In this document: piece after piece, positions 16,856 to 34,435 of the stretch
Layout of the letters: each line of letters begins with the position of its first letter
How positions within the stretch are numbered: the stretch's first letter is position 1
NCBI RefSeq assembly: GCF_009914755.1
Contig: NC_060932.1
Strand: one strand, 5' to 3'
DNA: 64,000 nucleotides
DNA from: the human T2T-CHM13v2.0 reference genome, Homo sapiens
Notes under the pieces: model-generated
Told to the model about the DNA's origin: nothing
Databases searched by the model: none
Seen by the model: only the letters and a program-made list of their open reading frames with translations
Translations under genes and position numbers: made by a program

Positions 16856-17227
16856 TGTAACAGTCTGTTTTCACAATGCCATAAAGGGCTGACTGACACT
16901 TGGTAATTTATAAAGGAAAGAGGTTGAATTGACTCACAGTTCAGCATGGCTGGGGAGGCCTCAGGAAACTTGCAATCATGGCAGAAGGGGAAGGGGCACA
17001 TCTTACATGGTGGCAGGCAAGAGAAAGTGAACAAGCAAAGGGTGAAGAGCCAGTTATAAAATCATCAGATCTTGTGAGAACTCACTCACTATCATGAGAA
17101 CAGCACGGGGGAGACTTCCCCTATGATCCAATCACTTCCCACCAGATCCTACCCTCCACATGTGGGGATTATGGGGATTACAATTTGAGATGAGATATGG
17201 GTGGGGACACAGAACCAAACCATATCA
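16856..17227 (-). mobile_element. THE1C/D-like MaLR solo LTR inserted in the L1 3' UTR
   Basis: GACTCACAGTTCAGCATGGCTGGGGAGGCCTCAGGAAAC...GGGACACAGAACCAAACCATATCA. TG...CA ends; 5-bp TSD ATACC at 16851-16855 and 17228-17232. Confidence 0.9.
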
Positions 17228-19492
17228 ATACCCATGTATCAAACCTGCATATATATCCCTGGAATCTAAAATTAAAATGTTGATAGTGTTTGAAGGGAAG
17301 AGAAGTATAAAAAGGAATGAAATTCAAAACATCATGCCATTAAGTGTACATGTGTAAAAATACTTTATTATTTCTAAGGATATTAACAAAATAAACATAC
17401 TGAAAATACTATCATGTTGATTTGTGACGCTGGGAACAGAAATAGGGAATAGCATTAACAAGAATGAAAAATAGAATTAAAAAGGATAGTGACTTAGAAC
17501 TGAAAGTGATAGTTTGCCATCATCTGAGGTGTATGATTAATTTGATTAATTCAGCTGCACTTAAAAGACTTTTAAAAACAAAAACATGTGCATGTAATTT
17601 ACTCAACAAAACCAATTCCTAAAAAATTGTGAGAATATTCTTCATTTCTTTAAAAGATGATTAGATTCAGTTATTTGTTTATAGGGTTGAAAGATTTTTT
17701 TAAATACTGGCAAGGGTATATTTAAATGAGCAATTATATAAAGCAATGGGAACTTAATTTTTATCATCCTTAAAAAATGATTGCTGTATATATATCAATA
17801 GTCTTGATTAATTTCATTAGTGATAATTCCAAGAATGAACTAAGACAGAAATATATAGGGCTAAGAAAAAAATAATTGAAATGACTATATGTTGGAATAT
17901 TGTATTTTTCAAACATTTTATAATTCGTTTACATTATTTTTATAATCATAATCCTATATGGCTGAGATTGTGAAATAGGTTTTGTAATCTTTAAATTGTG
18001 AGTTAGTAAAGTGCATTGATATTGAGAAGTGGAAGAACAGTACTAACAAACATTAAAACCGTACTTTTATTCTTCCTGTATTTATAATGATTAATGTCAA
18101 AATTCTTTTCCTGGAAAATATCTGTAGAATGTTGTAGGAGGACCAAAGAATCAAAATGAAGTTCTGAAAAAAGAAATATGGTTCATGAAACATATTTACT
18201 GGGAAATAAAGATTATGAAAAATACCTCCCAATGTATTAGAGAAAACGGTGGCCACGGGTACCACAAAAATTGAAGGTTTTTTTTCCAGTACCAAGAAAG
18301 GCTCCACAGAATTTAGATGATACTATATAGTGCAATAATACAAGGTACTTAGCATTATCTTAATTACACTTTAATGTGTATAACTCTGGAAGGTAACTGA
18401 GGATGAAAGACTCCCACAGTCTTCAGCTGTAAATTTGGGATGGAAGTATTTATACACATTGACTGTGAAGACGAAAGGAGATGATACAGGGAAATAGCTG
18501 GCCCTGAGTTTCCCTTAGGGAAACTAGGTTTAAAAGGGAAGCTAGGTTTAAAAACAAAAACAAATAAACAAACAAAAACTATATAAATTTGCTGTGCTAT
18601 TTTCCTTAAGAATTGTATACATTATATTATTAGAATTTTTTAATATTGATTTTATAAATTTATTTTGATGTTAACCAGTCTCACTTGGACATCTAGTCAG
18701 CTTCTATTTCACTATTTGCTAGGAAATATGACAAAAACAATTAAAGTCTATTGAAAAAAGTACACAATCTTAATATATGTTATAAAAAGTCATTTATACA
18801 TAACTAATTTATAAATTTGAGTACACTTTAAAATATATTTTAGAATACTTAGAGTACAGCATTAATATTCCTTTCACACAACTATGCTCTATCTTATCCT
18901 TGCAGTTCCTTAGAAAAATCAGATAGCTAAAGTGGCAATAGAAACAGATTGCCAATACATAAAAGGTTTCTTTTCACTTTAATTGCTTCATGACATTTCA
19001 GTTTACTGGTAATATGTATCTTTAATCTGAATAGCACAGCCTTTAACTTGCTAGAGTTAAATGCTCAAGAAATGAATGGCCTTACATTTACCAAAATCTA
19101 AACTGGGAAGATGAAGCTCAAAGCTGAAACATTCATCTTGATAATAGCCAAGAAGTCAATTGAATTTCTTTTCCAAAGAAGAACTGAGTCACACTCAGTT
19201 ATTTTCAGTGAATTTTATATTTGTTCATTCAAGTCAAGGTCTCAAAGAAAATTATTTACATATTCAAAACACTCCACTAAAATAGACTTATTTGACAGAA
19301 TATCAGAATTAATCTATATTGTTACATGACCTATCTCTAAAGAAAACATAATATTTTATCCTGAAAATTTTTTCCAGCATAAATCACATTTCCAAATCCA
19401 TCATAATAAAAATGTTTTCATCTTGTATGTGTTTATAAATTTAGTGTTGATTAATGTTTACAATTAGCTGTTTTCTTTGGTCCTATCTTCTA

Positions 19493-19904
<412 letters not shown>

Positions 19905-20244
19905 TCAAAACTTGTAATCATTAAACAGATGAAACAGATAAGCAACCGTATCTTCTTCAAATGATTCCATTTGTATACTTAAGCCACTGAACATTAGCTA
20001 ATCATTCTGCTTATTTCTTTTCAATAATCAGAAATTTAATGAATACTTTAGGCCTATATGATAAATGGGGTAATAAAAAAACAAATAATCAAATTGTTGG
20101 AGTGTTCTGCAGAATACAACTATTTGGTAGCTACTTCTGTTTCTGATAACCTAAATCTAAGTATGTATTTTATCCTCAGAGAGTATATTCAATATAAATA
20201 GAATAAAATATACACCATTTCAAGAAAAAAATGGTAGAGAATTA

Positions 20245-20410
20245 TAATTTTCTGAGCACCTACTATGTGGTGGTCATTTAAATCTCCAACCCACCTTTTG
20301 CAATATTTTAATAATATCTGTATTATACCGATTGGGAAATATGGGTCAGAAAGTTTCAAATTGTCACAAGTCTACTTGTTTCTCAGGGTGAGGTTTGAAA
20401 TTATGATTTG
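20245..20410 (-). mobile_element. MIR-like SINE remnant
   Basis: TGAGCACCTACTATGTG...GGAAATATGGGTCAGAAAG...GTCACA; highly diverged. Confidence 0.45.
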
Positions 20411-21368
20411 CTAACTGTGTAATAGCAAGCTATCAACAAATAACAATTCTATTTTCAGAATCTGCACCATTCCTCCTGATAATGTTGAGCCAGGAAGGTC
20501 ACTTCAACAGGAATGAGTCTTTGATAAATGTCACTCTGAGGTGCAGGAACCTTCATGGTACAGGTAGGTTGTTCTTATATCTAGGTTCCAGCTAGTAGGC
20601 AGGAAGAAGACAGAGTGTCAGGAAGTTTCACCTTTTCCTAAAGGATTGTAGATGCACATCATTTGCCCTCAAATTCTGTTAGAGATGGCATGGTCAGTGG
20701 GTACTCAAACTGCAGTGAGATCAGGGAAGTGCAATCCCACCTAGAAGCCCTCAAGCCCAGTTCAAAATAAGTATGAGGAAAAAAAAGGAAAAAAAGATGT
20801 TGGCTAACATATTTGCAGTCTGCCACCATTCCTCTCTAATTCACACAAACCTACTCCTTACTGAAAAATTATTTTGTTATCTTTTTTATCTTTTTTAAAT
20901 TTTGTTTCATCTAGTGTAATCCCTTTTGATGCAGTTTTTTCTTTGGCCTAGAGGAGTAACTATTTTACCTCTAGGTCCTACCATTTTCTTCCAGCTAGTT
21001 CAAATAGCAACAACATGTGGTGATCTCAAGTGAATATATTTGCTGAAATGAACATAAGAACTAACAGCATAAGAATTAAATATATCTCAAAAACTTGCTA
21101 AAGTTCCAGGGGAAATTTTAAAGTTTAGATCCCCACAGAAAAGAACATTTCATAGAATGGAGAAAAATGTGTTCTGTGCAGAATACAGTGGGTGGGAAAT
21201 TGGAAATATGGCATAATGTGAGCAAAGTGAACACCTTTAATGCTCACTGAAAAGACACATATACCTACATGTGGCATGATCATTCAAAATAACATTACTG
21301 AGATTCATCCGTGCCATTTGTGTAGTAGCAGTTTGTTCCCTTCTTTTGCTGATTAGTAGTCTTGTCTT

Positions 21369-21649
<281 letters not shown>

Positions 21650-22704
21650 TTGGAGTAGTATTTTCTTAGGTAAGTATAGTTGGTTTTTTATCCATTCTTA
21701 TGTTGATTCAGGTTTGGGTTGTTTTCAGTTTGCAGCTACTACAAATACAGCTCCTATGAACATTTTTGTGTAAGTCTCTTCTCTGGACATATAATTTCAT
21801 TATGCTTAGTTAAATACTCAAGAGCAGAATTGCTGGGTCATAAGGTAAGTATGTTTAGCTTTATCATATACTGCAAGAATAACTGAATTCTTTTATTTGT
21901 ACCCACAGGCAATGTTGAGAGTTCCAGCTGCTCCATTTCTGCACCACTAGATATTTTGTGTGTGTCCATGTGTGTGGGTATGCATAATTTTGAGTAATTT
22001 TAGAGGATGCTGAAGAGTAATTTCTGGTTTGAAAATGATGAGCAAATTTCAAATACTTATCAGACATTTGTATATTTCATTTTTCTTGTATTGTTTCTCT
22101 TGCTTGTTCAGTATTTAAATATATTGTTTTTCTTTTTATTAATGAGACTCCTTTATATATTTTGCATAAGAGTATGTGTTATGCGTATTCTACCAGTCCA
22201 TAGTTTGCCTGTTCATTTTTTAAATAATATATTTTGAATAGAAAAAAATTAATTGGAATTCAGTTTAATTTTCATTAGTTTTTGATGATTGATTTATATG
22301 TCTGGTTTAAGAAAATGCCTATGACAAGGTTAAAGGGACAGTACTATTTTTTTTATGGTTCTAAATTTTAGGCTTAGGTTTATGATCCACCTCAAACAAA
22401 TATTTGTGTATGAATGAGTAGAAATCTTGACTAATAATTTTCCATGTAGCTTTCTAGATGTTCCAATACCATTTGTTCAAAAACATTTCCAATTTCCATT
22501 GAATTGAATTAGTGCCTTTGTTGATATATTTACTTGACTAAACATGTGTGGGGTTATTTTTTAACTCTGGGTCCATCTCTTTGATTTTTATGTCTATCCT
22601 TATTCTAATAACACATTTCCTTGATAATTATTGCATTATAGTAGTCATTAAAATGAGGTAAGTCCCCCAATTTTGTTTTCATATTCAATATTGTTTTTGC
22701 TATT

Positions 22705-22828
22705 TTTTTTAAAGGGACATAGTCTTGCTCTACTGTTCAGGCTGGTCTTAAACTTTTGAACTGAAGGAATTTTCCTACCTCAGCCTCCTGAGTAGTTGGT
22801 ACTACAGACATGAGCCACCATATCTGGC
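22705..22828 (-). mobile_element. FLAM (free left Alu monomer)
   Basis: Single ~125-bp monomer with TSD TGTTTTTGCTATT on both sides. Confidence 0.85.
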
Positions 22829-24432
22829 TGTTTTTGCTATTCTGTATATTTCCACATAAATTTTAGGAACAGCTTTCACTACCCTCTTGGCCTTTTCATC
22901 TGTTCATTCATGTGGTTATTCTTGCATTAGATTTTTAATGTAATTATTATGGGTATTTAAAGTAGGCTTAAATTCTTAAATAAATTCCAGAATATGGCTC
23001 ATTTCTGGATACATTCCTATTGAATATTTAATCCGTTGCCCACGTAGACAAAGTTTTGCTTCCTAACATATCCATAAGTTTTTTGATTGTGTGATGAATA
23101 TTTTGTGCAAAACAAGATTAAAGATTGAAGTGAATAATATTTATCCCCCAAAATACAAGTAACTTTTTTCATCAGGTTACTGATGCTGGGAGATGTTGTC
23201 ATCTAATCTTTGGTGGAGCTACTTCTAGGATTTATTGAGCTACAATATATTAAATTTACTACTGGCTTCAAATATTTGAAGTGGGGGTGATTAAGATTGT
23301 CCTTTTAAAAGTCTAGGATCTTTTAAAAGGAAAGGGTTGAGAGCCTTAGATACTATTTTTTAATTTTATTGTAAATTGGCACTTTATAATTGTATATTTA
23401 TGGGGTACAAAGTGATGCTATGATCCATTAGTATGATATGGAATAATTAAATCCAGTTAATTAACATATATATATTACTTCAAGTAAATATTATTTTTGT
23501 GGGGAGAACATTTTAAATTTACTCTATTAGCAATTTTGAAATGTACAAAACAATATTATTAACTATATTTACCATATTGCGGGATAGATCTCAAAAAACC
23601 TGTATTCCTCTTGTCTGAGATTGTATATTCTTTGATCATCAATTCCCGACTCTCCCTTCCCTCAGTCTCTGTAAAACCATTAAACTCTTTGCTCCTATGA
23701 GTTTGATTGCTATAGATTCCACATATAAGTGAGAATATGCAGTATTTTTCTCTCTGTGTTTGGTTTAGTTCATTTAGCATAATGTTCTCCGATTCCGTCT
23801 ACATTGTCACCAATGACAGAATTTACTTTGTAAGGCTGAACAGTATTATTTCATTGTGTATATATACTATACATTTCTAATCCACTCATCTGTTGATGGA
23901 CATATTGCTTCCGTAACTTGGATATTGTGAGTGTTGCTGCAATGAACATGAGAGTGCAGATATCTTTTAGAAATTCATTTTAAATGTTTTGGGTAAATAC
24001 TCAAAAGTAAGATTATTGGATCTTGTTGTTCATTCTTTTTTTTTGGAACCTCCATACAGTTTTCTATAATGGTTAATTCACATTCCCAGCAACAGTGTAC
24101 AAGTGTTCCATTTTCTTCACATTCTCACCAACACTTGTCCTGTTATCTTTTCTCTTTATCATAATAGCTATTCTTACAGGTGTGAGATGATATCTCATTG
24201 TGGTGTTAATTTGCATTTTCTTTTTTTTATTATTATACTTTAAGTTTTAGGGTACATGTGCACAATGTGCAGGTTTGTTACATATGTATACATGTGCCAT
24301 GTTGGTGTGCCGCACCTTAACTCGTCATTTAACATTAGGTATATCTCCTAATGCTATCCCTCCCCCCTCCCCACACCCCACAACAGACCCTGGTGTGATG
24401 TTCCCCTTCCTGTGTCCATGTGTTCTCACTGT

Positions 24433-28036
<3,604 letters not shown>

Positions 28037-31000
28037 TAATTTGCATTTTCTTAAAGATTAGCAATGTTGAGCATTTAAATATAAGTCATCTGGTGACCAT
28101 TTAGATGACTTTTTGAGAAATGTCTATTCAGATCTCTTCTCTATTTTTAATTGGGCATATTGATTTCTTGCTGAGTTGGTTGGGTTCCTAATATATTTTG
28201 GATATTAACTCCTTATTGGATATATCTAAGTACAAAATGTCCTATGTAGGCCTCATTGGACTTAAAAAACAAAAATTTTTAGAAAGCAAAAAGCCAATAT
28301 AGAAAGGATTAAAAGAATAAGACCACAGAAAATCATCAAAACACAAAGAAAGATAGCAAGAGAAAAGAAAAAGAAATGTATAGAACAATCAGAAAACAAG
28401 AAAATATCAGCAGTAAGTTATTATCTATCAATAATTATCTTGAATGTAAATGGATTAAATTACCCTATAAAAAGACATAGAGTAACTGAATGGATTTAAA
28501 ACAAAAAAATACACAGTATTCAACTCTATACTGACTAATCCAAGCTGTTAATGATTTAATTTTGATTGTATACAGCAGTACACTTTTACTCCTCCCTGTA
28601 TTTTTCTGATGTCAGAATATATATAATTTTGTAATATGTATCCCTTGAAAATTTATTTTAGCTAAAGTTGTTATTAATAGTTTTGTTTTTAACCTCCATA
28701 CTAGGGATAAAATTGCCTTACACATTATTATTATAGTCCTAGAGTATTTTGAATATGGTTGTTTTTTACTTATATCATTGTGTTTTGTGCTTTCATGTGT
28801 TTCATGTTATTAATTAGTAGACTTATACTTTCATTTTAGCTTAAATAACTCTAATAGTATCTGCAAAGCTGATCTAATGGTGATGACCACTTTTAGCTTT
28901 TGTTTGGGAAAGTTTATACTTCTCTCTCATTTCTAAAAGGCAGATTTGCTGTGTAAAGTATTCTTGTTTGGCAAAACTTTCCCTCAACATTTTAAATATA
29001 TGATCACACTCTCTCGGAATGCAGAAATTTTACTGAGAAATCCACTGATAGTAACATATCAATATATACAAAGCACTCCTTTGTATATATTTTCTATTGC
29101 TCCTCCCCAAATAATTTCTTTGTCTTTGCTTTTTGATAGTTTGATCATGAGGTATCTTAGTGAACCCCTCTTTGGGTTGAATTTGATTGGAATTGTCTAT
29201 ATTTCCTGTACTTGGATGTTATAATCTGTTCCCAGATTAGCAAAGTTTTAGCCATTATTTTTAAAAATAGGCTTTCTTTTCCATTTTCTCTATCTTCTTC
29301 TGTAACTCCTATTAGGCAAAACTTTTGTGTCTTGGTAGTATTCCATAATTTCCATAGGCTTTCTTCATTATTTTATAGTCTTTTGTCTTTTTGCTACTCT
29401 GACCAAATAATTTAAGTGTTCTGTCTTCCAGCTCACTAATTATTTTTTGCACGATCAAGTCTGCTGTTGAAGACTACAACTGATTTTTTAGTCATTATAT
29501 TCATTTCTAGACTCTTTTTATTGCTTCTATTTCCCAAATTTTTCACTTTGAGTATTTTACAAATTTTATTTAAATTTTAATTTATCTATCCTTGTAGTTC
29601 ATAAGCTTTTTTACAGAAGATTTTAAAAATTCTTTGTCAGTTATCTCTTTAAGTTTCATTATTAGAACTTCATTAGGGTTTTATTTTTTTGGAGTGTCAT
29701 GATTTTCTGATTCTTCATAATTCTCTGTCCTTGCATTGCTGTCTGTGAATTTGAAGAGAAAGTCCCCTCTTCTGGCTTTTAAAAGTGTTCTATGGCAGGG
29801 AGAGACCTTCACTATATAGTCTAGCCTGTTACTTTGGAAAGGACATCTGGTGATGATGAAGGTTTTGTGGTCGGTACTTTAGTTGGGCAGGCAGAGCTTG
29901 TGGTGGTTTCTTTATTGGATAGGCCTCTGCCTTTTCTCTGATGTTAAGTGGGACTGCTGGTGAGACTCCATTTTCTGGAGAGATCACTGGTTGGGTTCTG
30001 CTATCAGGTGGAGCTGCTGGCTGGGTACAATGATGGCTTCTGCTCAGGCCATTCACAGGATGTATTCCTTGGCTGGGCAATTCTGCTATTTCGGATCTGT
30101 GGTTGAGCAGACCTATAGGTTAGGCTCTGAGGTTTGGTTGAGTCTTTTCCCAGGATGGGTGTGACCAGTTGGGATATTCCTTAGAAATACATAATTGAGG
30201 ACTGCCTCACCATCAGGTTGCAGGTATCGTGAGGGTTTCTGCCTGAGTTGAACAGCTGTTTTACTTCCTGGGTCAAGCAGTTCTAGCACATATGCTTCTT
30301 GAAAATTCCAAGGAGTTTTTGTCAGCCTGTGTGGGTGGAATCATTGGGTGGGTTTTTTGGTTGAATGCAGCTGCTGCAGATCATACTAGTGTATCAGGCT
30401 TGTTTTCAAGTATTAAGGTTTTCAAAAAGATGTTTTGGTCTGTGGGTAGCTGCTAGTTAAACTTTCTGTTTAACTAGTCTATTAATGTTAATAGACTAAC
30501 ATTTTCTATTTTGCCATCTTTCTAATGTCACTCCTCCTTAGATACTTTATAGCTGATAAATTTTTGCTCTGTCCTAGATGCAGTAACAAGGAATAAATCC
30601 CACCCCCTCAAATGCAGCAACCATAAGAGGCTATAAAATATTTTAAACAGCTTCTGTATAGACACTAGATAGGCAACCAATATCAGCAGTCACTGAGACG
30701 GGAAACAAATCAAGTAAGCCTTATGATTATACAACAGTTTCCAGGCTATGAGATAGGGTGGGAGAACCAGGCGGATCTCAGCAAACTACCTATGTTAAGG
30801 AGATAAAGTTGAGAATACAGAAGAACCAAAGTGGCTGGAGTTTGCAAGCTATTTAACACCCGAGAGGAGAGAGCACATAAAGAACCCCAAAGATTTACAG
30901 AAGCATCCCCACTTCCTCCAGAGTGTTCAGGTGAGGCAGGTCAGCAAAGATTCATTAAAGGACTACTTAAGGCTTAAAAAAGAATCACCCAATGGACAGA

Positions 31001-31363
31001 AGGTAGAAGTATCTGCTATTCACAGAGGGCTGTGAATAGTGCTTGTTGCCAGCAACAAGGCTGGAAAACTTCATACTGCATGAGGTACTCAAATGGGTCT
31101 TGCCTTAGTAGTGAAGAATAATTAGGTCTAGGCTAACATGTCTTTTTTTTCTGTCTAACAAATGTGAAAAGCAAAGCCCAAAGAGATCCAAATTATTCCC
31201 ATTAACTTGTCTCCAAAAACAACAACGTGAATTTCAAATTCTCCAGCATGCAAAGATACTAAGAATCCTTAGAAACAGTAACATATGATTTGTAATGAGA
31301 AAAAAACTCAAGCACTTAAAACTGACATCCTGCTTTCTACTTTTGTCTCTAAACACTATATTT

Positions 31364-31590
31364 TCTTTTATTTTTATTTTACTTTGAGTTTAGGGATACA
31401 TATGCAGAGCATGCAGCTTTGTTACTCAGGCATACGTGTGCCATACTTCTTTGCTGCACCTATCAACCTGTCATCTAGGTTTTGAGTTCCACATACATTA
31501 GCTATTTGTTCTGATGCTCTCCCCTGCCTCTCCTGCCACTCCCCATTCCCTGACAGGCCCGGTGTGTGTTATTCCCCTCCCTGTGTCGAC
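31364..31590 (-). mobile_element. Short 5'-truncated L1PA (PA8-like) 3' end
   Basis: L1PA 3' UTR (TTTGCTGCACCTATCAACCTGTCATCTAGG) with a T-rich tail; TSD TAAACACTATAT / TAAACACTGTAT. Confidence 0.85.
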
Positions 31591-32636
31591 GTAAACACTG
31601 TATCTTTATAATTCATTCTTATTGTTCTCTTATATCTATTATGGCTTCTAACTGTTGCCTAATACTTCTTAGTGCTCATCTATCCCATTTACCTCAGTGA
31701 TGGAAAATCAGCTTGTCTCCAAATCACTGGCAGCACAAATGGTGCTGCAATTAATACCACTGCCTATATCTACTTGTTCATCTGTTCCCAACTGCCCCTT
31801 GGTCCTTAGTTATCTATTCTCACTTAAACATCATTTTTCATTGTATTTCTTCATTGAATTTACCATGTATTATCCATTCTAGAGTTTCATTCACCTTGTG
31901 TCTTAAATCAATGACAGGAATCGCTTATGGTAATATGAAACTCTGAGAATATCCCCCCCCAAAAGAGATTTTGAGTAACTATATGACAAATCTGATTTTC
32001 CCTAAGAATTTTGTCAAAATTAAAAGAATAACAGGAATCCAAGTGAAGCACATGGTTAATAACCTTGAAATACATCATTTAGAAGGAAGGTGGTAAATTC
32101 AATTGAAATGTTACAAGAATAACTAATGTAGACAATTAAAGTGCTTGAATAATCTATGTAAAAAGCGTGAAACTGAAAATGGTTTTTATTAGGGGAACTT
32201 TATGTCCTTGTGTCCTGCAGTTAAACTTAGATTTGTGTTATGCTTTATATTTTCAACACATTTTACTCTACAATATAAAAAAGTATTCCCAGTCATCAGA
32301 AAGATTATGATCTTTTCTTCATTTTGTAAATGTTTCTTACAATTATGGAAATTGCTTTCAAAATTCATTTAATATTCATATTGAAATAAAGCATCTGTTA
32401 TGGCAGATGGGACAAATGACATCAAGTTCAGCTGTTTAAATAACCCTTAAGGATCAATGTGTAGTCTACAAAAATAATTTGTAATTCATTTTGGATTAAT
32501 TAATTTGAATTTATGGTGTTTCATAAAGGCATACTGCAGCTGCTCCCAGTATTGAATTAATTGTATTCAACTGATTACTGCTCTTAAAACTTGTATTTTG
32601 ACAGAGAGAAGACTATACTCCTCATTATTCATTATC

Positions 32637-32806
32637 TTTTTTCTTTTTAGAGATGGGATCTCACTGTATTGCCCTAGCTAAAGTGTAGTGGTTACTCACA
32701 GATGCAATCAATACACACTACAGCCTCAAATTCCTGGGCTCAAGGGATCTTCCTGTCTGAGCCTCCTGACTATCAGAGACTACAGTCATGCACCATCATG
32801 CCTGGC
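32637..32806 (-). mobile_element. FAM (fossil Alu monomer)
   Basis: Monomer retaining the 7SL-derived AGTGGTTACTCACAGATGCAATC segment that dimeric Alu arms lack. Confidence 0.8.
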
Positions 32807-33660
32807 TCATTTTGTATCTTTATCAATGAATACAATCTTCAAAACAATTTGAAGAGATAGTGTACTTGAACATGACACCTTATTTGTATAATTATCTAGA
32901 GACAAATTTTTATACTGGGAAATTGTATCAATTTCAGCGTGGCTTAAGAAGACACAAATAAGAGTGAGTTTATTCAAATACCTTTGATTACATGCTTTTT
33001 TTCTTTTCCTGCTGACCTCCACCACTCTACAAGATGTGAGGAAAATAAATGCATGTTTTGCACAATAAAAAGATCTTAGGCAATTTAGTTTTATTTTTGG
33101 ATGAGATTTAAGGGAAAAGATAGCTATAATTTAGTCAACCTTCATAAGATATAAATGTAATCATATGTTAAGATATTTTGTTGGCTCTAGTGAGAATTCA
33201 TTAGCTATTAGAGTCATCTTTCAATCTTCATTGGCAGAGGCTAAAATCTTTAGAAAATTTACTGAAAAATGGGATCACATAGTAATTTAATTCAAAAAAG
33301 AGTTCTGTGCATAAAATAAATAATTTTACCTTTAATTGAATGTTTATAATTATTGATTGAATTCCATAATGAACATTTTTCACACTTCATTACACATATT
33401 CAGCAGTTTATTTTTCCATTTTGTTATCCTCCCTTTATCTTGCATCTTTACCTAAACCATAGGAATACTTTAGATCAACTTCAAACTTGCAGTAAATATA
33501 GATGTTTCCATTTCTAGCAGTATTGGAGTTCTGCCTCTTACCATTCTCATGCCAGGACATTTTCAGGATATTCCAAGCAGACTATACTCATAAACTCTGG
33601 AAAGTATATCTTTTAATGGCTTATTCAACAGCACAAAAAATTTATATTTTGTGGAGAAGA

Positions 33661-34435
33661 TGTTTCAGATTGTTTTGTGCTGTTGTAACAGAATACTACA
33701 GACCGAGTAATTTTTAAACAATAACCACTTATGGTTCTGGAGGTTTGTGGAGTCCAGGATCAAGAAACTGGCATCTGGTCAGGGCCTTCTGCTTCACCAT
33801 CCAATGGCAGAAGGTGTAAGGGCAAGAGAATGCACCTACAGAGAGAACTAAGGGAGCTGACCTCAACCTTTTTGTAACAAAACCACTGCCATAATAATGA
33901 TATTAATCCATTCTTGAGAGAAGAGTCCTCATGGACTAATCACCTTGTTATGGTTTGGATATCTGTCCTCTCTAAACTTCATGTTGAAATTTGACTTCTA
34001 GTTTTAAAGGTGGGCCTAAGGTGAGGTGTTTGGATCATGGGATAGATCCCTCATGAACAGATTAGTGCCCTCCTGCTGATGGGGTGGGGGTGAGTGCTCA
34101 CTACTTTAGTTCTTATAAGAGATGTTTGTTAAAAAGAGCCTGGCACCTCCCTGTGTCTCTCTTGCTTTCTGTCTTCATGTGATCTTTGCATAGCCAGCTC
34201 CCCTTTGCCTTTCACCGTGAAGCACTCACCAGATGCCCAGTCTTGAACTGTTCCAAATGTGGAATTATGAGCCAAATAAACCTTTTTACCTTTTTTTCTT
34301 ATAAATTACCCAGACTTAGATATTTCTTTCTAGCAAAACTGAGCAGACAAAGGCAAACCTCAAAAAATTTCACCTCTCCACACTTTCACAATGGAAATTA
34401 AATTTAAATGTGGGTTTTGGAGGGGACATTCAAGT
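33661..34435 (-). mobile_element. MaLR LTR (MSTD/MLT1A-like), split by a second MaLR LTR
   Basis: TGTGCTGTTGTAACAGAATAC...GTTCTGGAGG...TAATCACCT before the insert; ...TTTTGGAGGGGACATTCAA after it. Confidence 0.75.
33946..34355 (+). mobile_element. MaLR solo LTR (MSTB/MSTC-like), nested
   Basis: TGTTATGGTTTGGAT...AGCCAAATAAACC...AAGGCA; 5-bp TSD CACCT (33941-33945) / AACCT (34356-34360). Confidence 0.85.

Noticed and set aside
20430-20830. Possible very old MLT1-type LTR
   Set aside because: Similarity too faint to support by eye; needs a Dfam HMM search.
23301-23330. CCTTTTAAAAG...CTTTTAAAAGG inverted repeat (similarly 6025-6050)
   Set aside because: Short AT-rich self-complementary motifs, expected by chance in this composition.
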